A stretch of DNA of 64,000 nt from contig CM059432.1 in NCBI GenBank assembly GCA_030390025.1, forward strand, positions 149,918,001-149,982,000. Direction: 5' to 3'. The position numbers and the translations under genes were made by a program. Shown here in pieces: positions 1 to 13,515 of the stretch. Each line of letters opens with the position of its first letter. Within the stretch, counting starts at the first letter, position 1. This DNA is from Squalus acanthias (Eukaryota). The notes beneath the pieces were generated by a model. The model saw only the letters and a list, made by a program, of their open reading frames with translations, was not told the DNA's origin and did not search any database.

Positions 1-504
1 GAGCCTGCTGACCGTTGTGCGATCTCTCGGTTTGCTTCAGATCAGTCTGTGCCAGCTGGTTTGGTGGGCAGGCTAAGCACAGATCAGCTCTGACTCAGGT
101 TCCCAGTTCAGATTTGTCACCTTCTCACAGAACCCGAGTCCAAACCAGATTCCAAGGAGATAGAGAGCCAGATGGGGCTTGTTAAAAGTGGCATCAACAA
201 GGGAGTCTGATTGCACCTTGTGCAGAGCCGGTTGTAGTTTCAGGGTGAATAGCAGCAGGTTATAGGATTATTACCAGTTACAGGTAAAGTATAGGAGCAT
301 TATACCTATTAGTACCAGTTACATATGGACAATCAGTGAGTTATTCTTTACTGTTGGTTATTTGGGGAATCTGAGTGTTACCAGTATTACTATTAGTTAT
401 CAGTGCAATTTCAGTGAGTTACCATTAGTTACTAGGTGGAATCAAAGTTCCTCCCAACTCTGGTTTCCCCTCTGTGAATCGCTCCACAATATTTGGTCTC
501 TCCT

Positions 505-640
505 CTTCCCCGCCCTCCCCGTTCCCCCCCTTGGGTTCCCCCGTTCCCCGCCCTCCGCCGTTCCCCGCCATTCCCCCTCCGCCTCCCCCGTTCCCCGCCC
601 TCCGCCTCCCCCGTTCCCCACCCTCGGATTACCCCTCTTC
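505..640. repeat. C-rich degenerate tandem repeat (CCCCGTTCCCCGCCCTCCGCCT-like unit)
   Basis: Repeated ccccgttcccc units are visible. They explain the Pro-rich and Gly/Arg-rich spurious ORFs at 362-780. Confidence 0.8.
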
Positions 641-2309
641 CCCTGCTCACTGGTGGCCTCCTGGTTCTTGGAACTTCTCGCACAAGAGCTGCTGGCGTGA
701 AACCACGAGCCAAGATACTCAACTCCAGGGAGCCCGACCTTTATAAAGTAAATGCAATCACATTTGTAGATGTCTTGTGATCAGATGTCATGTGATCAGG
801 TATCACATGGTCAGATGTCACATGGTCAGAACGTGACATGCTCAAACATCCAGGAATGCCTCCAACTAGTGGACTGCCCTAGACTACAAGTAACTGCTGC
901 ACAGAATGTCTGAAAAGTCTCCTGCATGGCACTGAGACCCCGAATATGCTCATGCAGGAAGTTAGGGATTGCAGGCAGGTCCTTTTTGGAATGCAGAGAC
1001 TGAAGGCCCCAACTGAGGGCAGCTCAGAGTCAATGAAGGAGATGGGCAGGGCTGTAATCATGTAACCTCACACACCGACTTACAGTGCAGGAAAGGTTTA
1101 ATGACCGTACCAGGTCAGGCAATTTAAGAGGGGCCAGCCACACCTGAGAGTGCACTGTGCTGAGCAAGTCTACCTGTAACAGTGACCTTTCCTCACACTG
1201 TGTTGATGTACCCAGGAGCCAGCCCAGTGTCCTTCACACCTCCAGATATCACTTGCAAGTATTCTTTCACTCACACTCACATACAGTCACTCCGCTAAAG
1301 GCCTCCCAACGAATCTAATTACTACATGGTGCATGTAGCTGTAATTCCCCCTCACCCCTCCCAGTACTCTATCTCACGCAGAGAATGTGGGTCAGAGACT
1401 GGGCTCGCTCCGACCCACGCTGATCGTGAGCAGGGCTCCCCACTCGGGGCACTAGATCGTGGACTCATCCCTGTGATCCGGCAACATTTAAATCTATTGC
1501 ACTTCAGTGCCCAATTTTAAACTGTCGGCATTGCTGGATTATTCAAATAATTGCTGACTGCACTTAACTAAACATTGCTTGAGAAATTTTTGACAGCTGA
1601 TTAAAACTAAAAAAAAGAAAATCGAAAAGCAGCTTCAAGTGATTCCTAGGTGAGGGATTTTTTAAGACCAGCCATTAGATCAGAGTAGCTGTTTCACCAG
1701 TAGTTTTACCTCAAAAGCCTTTAAATCCATTCATTGCAACAAATGTATTTAAATCTAAATTTACTTTCTGTAATTTCTGGGTGTAATTGAATCAGGAAGT
1801 TCTTAGTCTTGTAAAATAATTTGGTCTACTTACCAGGATATTCAAATCTCACTCGGGCTCTTGGCTTAGAGCCACACTACCTGTGATTCCCCAATTTACA
1901 GTCCCAGTGGATGAGTCTCCATGGCAGGATTGTGGATTAGTAAAATTTACCCGACCAGTTTTTATTTCCGCTGGTTGACTGTCTTCTTTGAGGCTTTGTA
2001 TGTGCTTGAAATCTGTAGCCTCTTGTAGCCTGAAGCTATTGCAGCATGAAATGGCCAAAGAATGTTAATTAATTCTTACAAAGCAACATGGAATCCAGAT
2101 CCTGCTGCTGTTTTAAAGGGCTGCTCCACTTTTGCTGGACAATATGAGGAAATTTTCCCTAACGTTTCCTCTTGATTAAGCCAGTCAATATCATTGTTCT
2201 TTCTTGCTTGATCACCCTGGGGTAGTTTTCTGACTTGGTGCTCACAGTGGGTGAAGCTCCCCACTCGCAGAACAAAGTTGGAAAAATGTTGTTTAATGGC
2301 AACATGACT

Positions 2310-2500
2310 GTGTGGGACAAGCTCGCTGGGCCAGCGGGTCTTTTCCTGTCCGTCATTTATGTATCTTCGTAATAACCAGAAAATTCTCTGAGGTGTTTCA
2401 GGAAATTTACCCTTCTGTTTCCTACTTTTCAACCAGTTCCTTATCCGGTCCCATCTTCTGACCCAGATTCCCATGGCTTTTAATTTAATTAGAAGTCTTT
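2310..2500. mobile_element. Old CR1 LINE fragments: a + strand 3' tail and a - strand RT piece
   Basis: Minus strand reads KLKAMGIWVRRWDRIRNWLKSRKQ, typical of CR1 RT. Positions 2315-2372 resemble the CR1 3' hairpin and tail. Confidence 0.5.
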
Positions 2501-2513
2501 CACGTAGGAAATA

Positions 2514-2790
2514 TGATGCGGAGATGCTGGTGTTGGACTGGGGTGGACAAAAATGAGAAGTCGCACAACACCAGGTTATAGTCCAACAGATTTATTTAAA
2601 ATTACGAGCTTTCGGAGCTGTTGCCCCTTCGTCAGGTAGAGGTACAGAGAGGGAATCTACAGTATTACACAGTATATAAACACAGAAAGCAATTTGTCTG
2701 CAGAGATACAATCTTTCAGGGAGGCATTACATCAAAGACACACCAGAGCACAGCCAAGACAATGAGAAGTAGGAAATAGATAAAGAGGTT
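2514..2790 (-). mobile_element. Penelope-like element pseudo-LTR fragment carrying a hammerhead motif
   Basis: The first ~125 bp are shared with the 31239, 54518 and 60353 copies. The 31239 copy is physically linked to a GIY-YIG coding fragment. Confidence 0.8.
2602..2639 (-). ncRNA. Minimal type-I hammerhead ribozyme motif (variant B)
   Basis: Minus strand: TAC-CTGACGA-A-GGGGC-AACA-GCTCC-GAAA-GC-TC-GTA, i.e. helix I, CUGANGA core, helix II, GAAA, UH site. Confidence 0.75.
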
Positions 2791-2950
2791 CTTAAAGGTC
2801 GGCAGCTGTCAAAGTAGAAAAGTCACCTGGTCCGGATGGGATGCTGAGGGAAGTAAGGGTGGAAATAATGGAGGCTCTGGCCACAATCTTCCAATGCTCC
2901 TTAGATATGGGGGTGATGCCAGAGGACTGGAGGATTGCAAATGTTACACC

Positions 2951-3279
2951 CAACAACAACTTATATTTATATCGCGCCTTTAACGTTATAAAACTAAATT
3001 TGACACCGAGCCACATAAGGAGCTGGTAGGGCAGAAGAGGTAGATTTTAAGAAGCGTCTTAAAAGAGGAAAGAGAGGCTGAGAGTTCAGAGAGAGAATTC
3101 CCGAGTTTAGGGCCTTGGCAGCTGAAGGCACAACCACCAATGGTGGAGCGATTGAAATTGGGGAAGCTCAAGAGGCCAGAATTAGAGGAGCTCAGTTATC
3201 TCAGGGGGTTGTGAGGCTGAAAGGACATTACAGATAGGGAGAGGTGAGGCCATGGAGGGATTTGAAAACAAGAATGCGA
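2951..3279 (-). mobile_element. L2 LINE 3' end
   Basis: (TTG)n tail and RSTIGGCAFSCQGPKLGNSL motif; homologous to 50901-51300. Confidence 0.8.
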
Positions 3280-3844
3280 ACCCTGTTGAAAAAAGGGGAG
3301 AGGGATAAACTAGGTAACTACATGCCAATCAACCTAATGCCAGTGGTGGGGAAACTTTTGAGACAATAATATGGGACAAAATTAATTGCCACTTGGAAAA
3401 ACATGGATAATCAATGACAGCCAGTACGGATTTGTTAAAGGCAAATCGTGTTTGGCTAATTTGATTGAGTTCTTTGATGAAGTAACGGAACGGTTGGTGA
3501 GTCTACTCTGGTTGAAATTTTGTATACAGACGTTCAATAGGCGCTTGATAAAATTGTACATAATAGTTTTGTTAGCAAAATTGCAGTTCATGGGATTAAA
3601 GAGTCAGTGGCTGCGTGTATCCGAAATTGGCTAAGGGGCAGAAAACAGAGGGGTAGTGAACAGCTGTTTTTCAGACTGGAGGGAAGTATACAGTGGTGTT
3701 CCCCAGGGGTCAGTGTTGGGACCACTGCTCTTTTTGATATATATTAATGATCTGGACTTGGGCATAATTTCAAATTTGCAGTTGAAGGTAGCAGGACAAG
3801 TTAAGAAGGCTGTTAAAAAGCATACGGGATACTTGGCTTTATAT

Positions 3845-4500
3845 ACCTCAATATTAACACCCCCACGACAGGCAGGAAGAGGCCCCAACCCGACTAGTAC
3901 GCGCCTGTCGCCATTGTTACAGTGGCAGGTAGCGTGCCGTGCGAGTACCCCGTCTTGGAGAGGTATTGAAATCAGGTTACCACAGTGCAATTGGGAGCCC
4001 AATTTAAATTTAACTTCTACCGTGCAGGATTCCCAGGGCTCGGGAAACCTGCCAGTGAAATGGAGGCGGGAGCTGTCGGCTCCGGAAGGTAAGTGCTTTT
4101 TGTAGCACTCCTTGTGTGGCCAGGAAAAGCAGGAGTGCTCCCCCCACCCCCCCACGGCCCCGAATGCAGCCTTTGGCCTCCCTTCTGCCGAGCGTGGCCT
4201 CACCCTAGGCCCCGTCGCGATCACGGCCAACACCGCCCTCACCCACCCAGAAGCCCCGATTGGAAATCTGCTCCCCTCCCGAGGGACCCCGGATGTGACC
4301 TCCTGCCGCTGGTTTTCCCACCTGGGATGTCAGTCAGTCTGTCGATTTGGCCGTCTGCTGAGCGGGCAACAGAAGAAAAAAATTATAATGAGCTCCTGCC
4401 GTTAAATTCGGCGGGACCTCCGCGGCCCTGGCCTTGCTGGGTTTCTCCCACACTACCAGGCTCCACCACAACCTCCATACCTCCCCCTAAATATCAGGGA
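3845..4500. mobile_element. GC-rich non-autonomous DNA transposon (MITE-like) inside CR1
   Basis: Interrupts colinear CR1 sequence. Ends are imperfect inverted repeats (cctcaatattaa / taaatatcaggg). Confidence 0.55.
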
Positions 4501-4672
4501 CATAGAGCACAAAAGCTAGGAAGTTATGCTAAACCTTCATAAATCACTGATTAGGCCCCAATTCTGGGCACCACATTTTAGGAAGGATGTCAAGGCCTTA
4601 GAGAGGGTGCAGAGAGGATTTACTAGAATGGTGCCAGGACTTATATGGAGAGAAGCGGGGATTGTACTCCTT

Positions 4673-5142
4673 AGAAAGAAAGACTTGCATTTCTATAGTG
4701 CCTTTCCCGACCACCAGATGTCTCAAAGCGCTTTACAGCCAATGAAGTACTTTTGAAGTGTAGTTGCTGTTGTAGTGTGGTAAACGCAGCAGCCAATTTG
4801 TGCACAGCAAGCTCCCACAAACAGCACTGTGATAATGACCAGATAATCTGATTTTGTTATGTTGGTTGAGGGGTAAATATTGGCCAGGACACCGGGGAGA
4901 ACTCCCCTGCTCTTCTTCAAAATAGTGCCATGGGATCTTTTACATACACCTGAGAGAGCAGACGGGGCCTCAGTTTAACGTCTCATCCAAAAGACGGCAC
5001 CTCCGATAGTGCAGCGCTCCCTCAGCACTGCACTGGGAGTGTCAGCCTAGCTTTATGTGCTCAAGTCCCCAGAGTGGGACTTGACACCCACAACCTTCTG
5101 ACTCAGAGGCGAGTGTGCGATCCACTGAGCCACAGCTGACAC
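4673..5142 (-). mobile_element. tRNA-headed Deu-domain SINE (SacSINE1-like), full length
   Basis: Head tggctcagtgg...gggtgtcaagtccc, core gatcccatggcactatt.gaagaagagcagggg, L2-like tail; flanked by AGAA on both sides. Confidence 0.85.
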
Positions 5143-5495
5143 AGAACAGAAATGGTTAAGGGGAGATTTAATAAGTGCTGTGATGGTTGTTTGAAAGAAC
5201 TTAAATTAGTCCCACTCCCCTGCTCTTTCCCCAATTCCAATATTCATGTACTTTGTATTGTTACATGAAGTTAAGTTCTGATTGAGCTAAATTGCTCTAC
5301 ATCTTCACTTGCTGTGAAATAAAACAGCTGAAGGATTTGTATCTAACCTCATTTACCAGGTGTTTTCTTAGTCTGCCTTTGAAAAGATTAAGGAAGCACT
5401 CATACAAAATATATTGTCTAGTCAGATATTGAGAAGTGTAGATGCATCGCTAAACATAAGACACTCAGATCACTTACGGGAATGATCAACACTAT

Positions 5496-5951
5496 GAACA
5501 TACGAACATACGAATTAGGAGCAGGAGTCGGCCACTGGTCCCCTCGAGCCTGCTCCACCATTCAATAAGATCATGGCTGATCTGATTACTCCACATTCCC
5601 GCCTACCCCCGATAACCTTTCACCCCCTTGCTTATCAAGAATCTATCTACCTCTGCCTTAAAAATATTCAAAGACTCTGCTTCCACCGCCCTCTGAGGAA
5701 GAGAGTTCCAAAGACTCACGACCCTCTGTGAGAAAAAAATTCTCCTCATCTCTGTCGTAAATGGGCGACCCCTTATTTTTAAACAGTGACCCCTAGTTCT
5801 AGATTCTCCCACAAGAGGAAACATCCTCTCCACATCCACCCTGTCCAGAACCCTCAGGATCTTATATGTTTCAATCAAGTCACCTCTTACTCTTCTAAAC
5901 TCCAGCGGATACAAGCCTAGCCTGTCCAACCTTTCCTCATAAGACAACCTG
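5496..5951 (-). mobile_element. CR1 LINE 3' end, 5'-truncated
   Basis: ORF2 C-terminus RLSYEERLDRLGLYPLEFRRVRGDLIE...FFSQRVVSLWNSLP; (TTCGTATG)n tail. Confidence 0.9.
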
Positions 5952-6297
5952 TATCTGAGAAGATATCTAATGCATAACCCAAAGTTGTAACAGGTACACT
6001 TGGCATTCATCCTTGTACCAGAAAACCTCTTCCTCATTTGTTCCCAGCTCCTCCCTATACACTGATGGTGTAGAATAATTTTTTGTTCGTGGAGGCCATT
6101 TCATTGTGCTGAAAGGTGCCATCAGTAACCCTCTAACTTTCAGAAATCCTATACTGCAGTGAAATTGGATCGCCCTGTCATTCTGCTGTTGCTGTGGACT
6201 GGGGAAGGAGATAAAGGCATAAGTCTGTTAAACAGTGCATCAGTAACCTGTTTAATAAATCTATGGAAGGTACCTCGTGCTTGCGCCTCCTCTCCAG

Positions 6298-7435
6298 TTA
6301 GTCCCACTGCCCCGCTCTTTCCCCATAACCCTGCCATTTTCTCCCCTTCAAGTATTTATCAAATTCCCTTTTGAAAGTTACCATTGAATCTGCTCCCACT
6401 ATCCTGTTATGCAGTGCATTCCAGATCATAACAACTCGCTGCGTTAAAAAATTGCACTTGGAGCACTGAGGGAGCGCTGCACTATCGGAGGTGGTATCTT
6501 TCAGCTGAGACATTAAACTGCGATCCCATCTGTTCTCTCAGGTGAATGTAAAAGATCCCATGGCAATATTTCGAAGAAGAGCAGGGGAGTTATCCCCGGT
6601 GTCCTGGGGCCAATACTTATCCCTCAATCAACGTCACTGAAAACAGATTATCTGGTCACTATCACATTGTTGTTTGTGGGAGCTTGCTGTGCACAAATTG
6701 GCTGCCGCGTTTCCTACATTACAACAGTGACCACACTTCAAAAGTACTTAATTGGCTGTAAAGCATTTTGGGACATCCTGAGATTGTGAAAGGCGCTGTA
6801 GAAATGCAAATCTTTCTTTCTTAAATTTGTGTCCTCTGACCCTCCTGCCACTGGAAACAGTTTCTCCTTAGTTATTCTATCAAAACCCTTCATGATTTTG
6901 AACACCTCTATTAAATCTCCCCTGAGCCTTCTCTGTCCTAAGGAGCACAATCCTAGTGTCTCCAGTCTCTCCACCTAACTGAAGTTCCTCATCCCTGGCA
7001 CCATTCTAGTGAATCTCCCCCGCACCCTCTCCAAAGCCTTGACATCCATCTTAAAGTGCGGTGCCCAGAATTGGACTTAATACTCCAGCTGAGGCCTAAC
7101 CAATGATTTCTAAAGGTTCAGCATAACTTCCTTGCTTTTGTACTCTATGCCTCTATTTATAAAACCAAGTAAGCTTTTTTAACAGCCTTATCAACTTGTC
7201 CTGTCACCGTCAAAGATTTCTGTACGCAACCCCCAGATTTCTCTGTTCCTGAACCCCTTTAAAATTGTCCCATTTAGTTTATACTGCCTCTCCTCATTCT
7301 ACCCACCAAAATGTATTACTTCATACTTCACTGCATTATATTTCATCTGCCCTGTGTCTGCCCATTTCACCAGTCTGTGTCCTCCTGAAGTCTGCTACTA
7401 TCCTCCTCACTGTTTACTACATTTCCGAGTTTACG
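6298..7435 (-). mobile_element. CR1 LINE 3' fragment interrupted by a SINE
   Basis: RRLRGDLIEVFKIMKGFDR (6840-6970) continues as NFLTQRVVMIWNAL (6300-6455). Confidence 0.85.
6456..6820 (+). mobile_element. Deu-domain SINE, 5'-truncated
   Basis: Same core and tail as 4673-5142, in the opposite orientation. Confidence 0.85.
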
Positions 7436-7816
7436 AATATTATCTTACGTGACTCGGTGTCAAATGTTGTTTGATGACGCACCTGTGGAGTGCCTTGGGA
7501 CCATATAAAGTCAAGTTGTTGTTGTAGTTGTTAAACAAAATAACTCCTAATAAATCGGTATTCTGCGAATGACGCTGCCCTCTCAGCTGTTGCAGCCGTT
7601 GCTGGACCTTTACAGCCTGTGTCTCTGTCTCTGTGTTTATCTTCCAATGTTCACAGATAGAAGAGAACGCCTGCCACAATGCCCCTGTTGAGTATCCGGG
7701 ACTACAAACTTCCACATGACAATGGGTGTAAGGTGTTTATTGCTTGCCATAACAGGTTAACAAATTGCTTATCAATTAAAGTCTATAGGGAAACAACATC
7801 AAAGCTTAGTTCATTG

Positions 7817-8672
7817 ACATTGGGTGATTGGGCAGATGCATGGCAGATGCAGTATAATGTGGATAAATGCGAGGTTATCCACTTTGGTGGCAAAAACAGG
7901 AAGACAGATTATTATCTGAATGGCAATAGATTGGGAGAAGGGGAAGTGCAACGAGACCTGGGTGTCCTTGTGCACCAGTCGCTGAAGGTAAGCATGCAGG
8001 TGCAGCAGGTGGTTAAGAAGGCAAATGGTATGTTGGCCTTCATAGTGAAAGGATTCGAGTACAGGAGCAAGGATGTCTTGCTGCAGTTGTACAAGGCCTT
8101 GGTGAGACCACACCTTGAGTATTGTGTGCAGTTTTGGTCGCCTTATCTGAGGAAGGATGTTCTTGCCATGGAGGGAGTGCAGCGAAGATTTACCAGACTG
8201 ATACCTGGGATGGCAGGAATGACGTATGAAGAGAGATTGGGTCGATTAGGCTTATATTTGCTAGAGTTTCGAAGAATGAGAGGGGATCTCATTGAAACTT
8301 ATAAAATTCTAACAGGACTAGACAGACTAGATGCAGGAAGGATGTTCCTGATGGCGGGGGAGTCCAGAACCAGAGGTCACAGTCTAAGGATAAGGGGTAA
8401 GCCATTTAGGACTGAGATGAGGAGGAATTTCTTCACCCAGAGAGTGGTGAACCTGTGGAATTCTCTACCACAGAAGGCAGTTGAGGCCAATTCATTAAAT
8501 ATATTCAAGAAGGAGATAGATATATTTCTTAAGGCTAAAGGGATCAAGGGATATGGGGAGAAAGCAGGGACAGGGTACTGAATTTGGATGATCAGCCATG
8601 ATCTCATTAAATGGCGGAGCAGGCTCGAGGGGCCGAATGGCCTACTCCTACTCCTATCTTCTATGTTTCTAT
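7817..8672 (+). mobile_element. Young CR1 LINE 3' portion with open ORF2 C-terminus
   Basis: Uninterrupted frame WQMQYNVDKCEVIHFG...[15 protein letters not shown]...GYGEKAG; (TTCTATGT)n tail; near-identical to 36095-36925. Confidence 0.95.
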
Positions 8673-9805
8673 GACATTTAGCTACCTCTTATCACAGTGC
8701 CTTTTAAACTCCTGTAAATACACTTGGCTTTAAAACCCCAACGCTTAAAGGTAACCCTTTCTGTGGAGTTCTTGAAACATGGCAGCCCTCACCTTTATAC
8801 ACATGAGATACAATTTTCCGACACCCCTTGCCACTGGAGGGGCCTCACACATTACAATCATATCAGAAAATTGCAAGTCCGCTATCTCCAATTTTGAATC
8901 CGTTGCTTTCAATTGGCATGAAAACACAGGCAGTGCACCTGCAATTTTCCACTCAGCCGGCAGATGTGTGAGAGGCCTCAACAGTTGTTTGACGTCTCGA
9001 ACTATTTTATTCTTGGTTACTATTGGGGCAGAGCATGCAAGAATTAGGAACGGAGGCACCCTCAATGAGATAGGGAGTTCTTGGTCCTTATGCTCAGTTC
9101 AGAGTAGCAGAGAGGGGCAAGGCCATGGAGGACCCGAAAAGGTGCATGCCCTTTTTGTCTCAGGTTCCCCATAGGCCTTTGGGGTTGGGAGCCTTCTCAC
9201 TGTAGCTTCTGACCAGTGGGCCTTGCAGCGGGCGACCATTACTGATGCTGCAGGCCTGAAATGTGTGGATTTCCGCCCCAGTTTCTAGCTGCAAAGGGTA
9301 GACCTGGGACTGGGGTACATGGAACTTGTAACCACTCACACTGCATGGCACAGGCATGATGGGCCATATGGCCTCCATCTGTGCTGTGAGATTCTATGAT
9401 TCTATGGTTGTCCATCATAAGCTCCCTGTCAATGGAATTCCGATTGGTGACCAACACAGTAACACTTCGACAGGGCTACTTGCTTTGTTCCTAGTGGAAC
9501 ATTGAGATAGCATTGTTTTGTTTTACAGTTCACTGGTTGGATGTTCTCACCCAAGCAGTGCTGATGTTGTGTGAGTCTCATTCAGCTCATATCTGATTAG
9601 GGAAAAGTAACCTGGCTTTGTGTCGGTTAAGTTACATTGTAAAATTTTCTTTGAAAACTAAAAGTGGGAGTTAACTTGCCACACCCATTCTGCTCGGCTG
9701 TTTCATCAGGAGCACTTAATTAGCATTTGCTTCAGGATATCAATGTGAAGTGGGTCACACACTCTGATTTCCTCCAAAACTTAGAGAGCTACTGCGAATG
9801 CACAA

Positions 9806-10265
9806 AAAGAAAGAAAGACTTGCATTTATATAGCGCCTTTCACAACCACCGGACATCTCACAGCCAATGAAGTACTTTTGGAGTGTAGTCACTGTTGTAA
9901 TGTGGGAAACGTGGCAGCCAATTTGCACACAGCAAGCTCCCACAAACAGCAATGTAATAATGACCAGGTAATCTGTTTTTGTTATGTGGATTGAGGGAGA
10001 AATATTGGCCAGGACACCGGGGTAACTCCCCTGCTCTTCTTCGAAATAGTGCCATGGGATCTTTTACATACACCTGAGAGAGCAGACGGGGCCTCGGTTT
10101 AATGTCTCATCCGAAAGACGGCACCTCCGATAGTGCAGCACTCCCTCAGCACTGCACTGGAGTGTCAGCCTAGCTTTATGTGCTCAAGTCCCTGGAGTGG
10201 GACTCTGAACCCACAACCTTCTGACTCCGAGGCGAGTGTTCTACCCACTGAGCCACAGCTGATAT
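9806..10265 (-). mobile_element. Deu-domain SINE, full length
   Basis: tRNA-like A/B boxes (tggctcagtggg; gggttcagagtccc), Deu core and tail aggcgctatataaatgcaagtctttc. Confidence 0.9.
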
Positions 10266-10269
10266 CAAG

Positions 10270-10582
10270 CACAGAACAAAGAGGCCACATACTGCTAGGA
10301 TAATAAGTGTCTAAATGGAATAGAGGAGCAAAGGTATCTAGGAGGTACAGATTCACAAATCACTAAAACTAGCAATGCAGGTTAATAAGGCCATAAAATA
10401 GCAAACCAAGCCCTGGGTTAATTTCTAGAGGGATAGAATTGAAAAGTAGAGATGTTATGTTAAACTTGTATCGAACCTTGGTTAGACCACACTTGGAGTA
10501 CTGTGAACAGTTCTGGTCCCCATATTGTAAAAAGGATATAGAGGCACTGGAGAAGGTGCAAAAATGATTCACAAGGATGGTT
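10270..10582 (+). mobile_element. CR1 fragment
   Basis: Encodes an [37 protein letters not shown] sequence; homologous to 37130-37450. Confidence 0.8.
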
Positions 10583-11015
10583 TGGAGTTTCTTCCTTTGT
10601 TCCTCTTCCCCCCTGCCCATGCCCCCCACCTCCACTGCAGTAGACCTGCTATCCCCTGAGCCCAAACCAGCTCTGGGGAAAGAGCCCTTTATTAATTTTA
10701 CTTTGAGCTCACATCTTATTTCTTGTCTCATACAAAAATCCAAGTAGTTGGATTTAATTGATCTCCGTTCCTGTAACCTTTGATGCAATCACACTCTTGC
10801 AAAACTGGTAATAATATAACTATGCTAGGCAAAGACCAGCGCCTTGGCATCAAGGATAATGAGCAGACATGTTGTGAGAGTCAAAAGGAATACAATAACA
10901 ATGAACTTGTGCTGTGTTTACTGTGGTGAATTGTCCTTCGCACCAATCCCAGTGGATTTTTTTTAATGTCGATCTCTAACAGGAACAATGTTCCTTTGAT
11001 CCCTTTCTTCTCTAT

Positions 11016-11759
11016 GGTCTGGAATTTGCGGTCAGCGGTAAAGCGATGGTGATTGCCACAGACCGCGAAGAAAGCTGCCCACAATGATCTCGCGATTTCT
11101 GTGGTGAAAACTTTAGCTTTCTCAATGTTAATTTGATTGCAGTGCATTCTATAGGAGATCTCCAGTATCCAGCAGCAGTGATGTCATCAAGCTGGCTAAG
11201 CAGCTAATCACATGGAAACATTTTCACAGACACCAAACCAGGAAATAAAAGGTAGCTGTTTAAAAATTTTACAGAGCGAAATAAAGATTGGGACATACAC
11301 ATGGGTTAAGGTGGAAGCTGAAATATAATAAACAAACTATAAAACACATTTTAAAAATATTTTTTATAATTTTAAAAATCTAGTAATTTTTATCATAATG
11401 GAGAAAATTGACATTCCGCAAATATAAGATTAGTTTTTCAGGGCCAGAACAGTTGTTCAGCAGTAGTTATTACTTTTATGGGTTTTTTAACCATTAAAAA
11501 CCCAGTTACACCTCATTGAACAAGGCTTAACATTTAGAGGGTTGTTGTCATCAGTTCAAGTGATTTCAATTCATTGCTGGCTATGGGGAGTTCCACAGCG
11601 CAACCTGTGGTGGAGCAGGGACTGACTGACCCAGACTTCAGGATTTCTGCGTTTATCTGCACATGCGCTAAATCCTGAAGTTATGGTCAGTTTCAGAGGG
11701 TTATTAATGACAGCGATTGCTGACAGTTTCACCGTCATTACCACCGCAAAATCTGGGCC
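11016..11759. mobile_element. MITE with GGYC-start inverted termini (Harbinger-like)
   Basis: Left end ggtctggaatttgcgg versus reverse complement of right end ggcccagattttgcgg; AT-rich interior; related to 59381-60110. Confidence 0.65.
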
Positions 11760-12670
11760 ATATATTTCCCACACTTTTGACATGAAGCCAGTAAAACTGA
11801 AGGGAAAGGATATCCGGGTCACATTTTTTAAAACCCTTTCAGTAAAAGCTGGAGATGCCACGCATTAAAATGCAGTTTCGTGACCTGATACTAACTGGCA
11901 GCACATATCCATTCAGTGCAGTGTTGGCTCTGTTCTCTACGTCACAGGGTCTGTTGTTCTGTCTAAGTAAGAGTCACAGGGATAAATTTTTGTCTTCACC
12001 GCATGGTCAATAAGCTGGAGGAGCGGATCACCTGCCCGCTATAGATCCTGTCCAATTTTCATTCTCTTGAAATCGGACAGTTTCTATAATGGACTGGCAA
12101 TTCACTCTACCAGATTAGCACCCATTCAGAGAATGGCAAAATTTACCCCACGGCGCCAAAATGGATAAGGGTTCATTTTACGACTCTGCATTGCCTCATA
12201 CACCCCAGTGCAAATCGGACAATTAAGAAATTGCCGCCCACAATTCTATAGCCATGGACAAAATCCGATCTGTTCTCATTCTCGTTCCCTTCAGCAACTG
12301 CTCCCCTCCGACAGGCCTTGACCTGCCGGCCGACTTTCAGCACTGGCTGGACGGTGTTTCTCTTCACCAGACCGCCGAATTGCCGTGAGGTGCCATTTGG
12401 CACCTGCAGCCCACTGAAAAGTTCTACTGGCATCCAACCTGAAAGTGGTTCGGACCGCCGGATTGCTGCATTGGGCAAGTGACACGGGCGCACTGCTGAT
12501 ATCAAGCCCATTTGCCGCCCGACCCGAATGCCTCACCCAATAAATTTAGTTTGCCTCTATATAAGTCAACAAATTGACTTGAGTGTCATCTTTGTTCGGT
12601 TGGTAGCCCTATTACCTCTGAGTTAGAAGGTTGTGGCGTCAAGCCCCACTCCAGGACTTGAACACAAAAT

Positions 12671-13515
12671 GGGCTGGATTTTATCAATGGGGGCGCGCTG
12701 GGGGCGGGACTGCTGGTTGTCGGGTTTCAGTCCCGCCCCCAACGACGTCCGGCCAACCCACGCTATTGTCCCTTGATTGACCTTGTTAAGCCCGCCCTGT
12801 GGGCTGAGCCGGCCAATTAAGGGAAAGCCGGTGACAGAGGATATCAGCATATGACGTTTCATCTGTCGAAAATTTTTGACAGATGAATTGTCAGCATTTG
12901 ACAGCTTAGAGAAGCTGTCAAACACTGACAATCTCTGTTCTAAGGTGAGCCCTTGTACTGAAGGCTCACCAAACCTCTTTCCTCAGCAGAAATCAGATGG
13001 CTGCTGCATCTGAAAATGCTGCAGCCATTCTGTCATCTCTGCCGTTGAGATGAGGCACCTCCGGATCCCCAAGGGTTGAAGCCTGCAGGAAGAAGCAAAG
13101 GTAAGGAAACTTTTTCTAACTCTTTACACTCACCTCTCATACTTACCTCTCCACACTTGCACCCATCACTCACCTCCACAGCGCACTTTACGATCCCTCT
13201 CACCCCCGCAGACCCACTGCTCGCCTCGCTGACCCTGGCGAGGTTCGCAGCCATCGGGAAACCCGCACTTGCAGGGGTAAAATGGGGATAAGCCTCAAAA
13301 TTGCCTGTTAACTACCTGTTAACGGGCAGTTAAGTGGCTCTAATCCTCTTCCCGCCTCGAGGAGACGGGTCCCTGCTCGACTCGGGGACCTGCCTCCCGG
13401 GAAGATGGCACGGAGGCGGGTTGGGAGCGGGTTTGGTACCCACTCCCGGTTTCTGCCATTTTCCCGGCAGTCCCGCCTCCATACCCGCCTCCCCAGGGCT
13501 GGGAAAATTCCTCCC
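12671..13515 (+). mobile_element. Non-autonomous Harbinger-type transposon inserted in an old Deu-SINE
   Basis: Termini gggctggatttt / aaaattcctccc; second copy inverted at 53353-54128. The host SINE head at 12595-12670 resumes near 13670. Confidence 0.75.

Larger units (their letters stand above)
2793..5175 (+). mobile_element. Degenerate CR1 LINE (RT region) split by three younger insertions
   Basis: Colinear RT pieces: KSPGPDG..DWRIANVTP (2800-2950), GFVKGKSCLANLIEFFD and [21 protein letters not shown] (3280-3780), QFWAPHFRKDVKALERVQR (4500-4672), resuming at 5143. Confidence 0.85.

Noticed and set aside
362..780. Proline-rich or Gly/Arg-rich proteins
   Set aside because: Translation of a low-complexity C-rich repeat.
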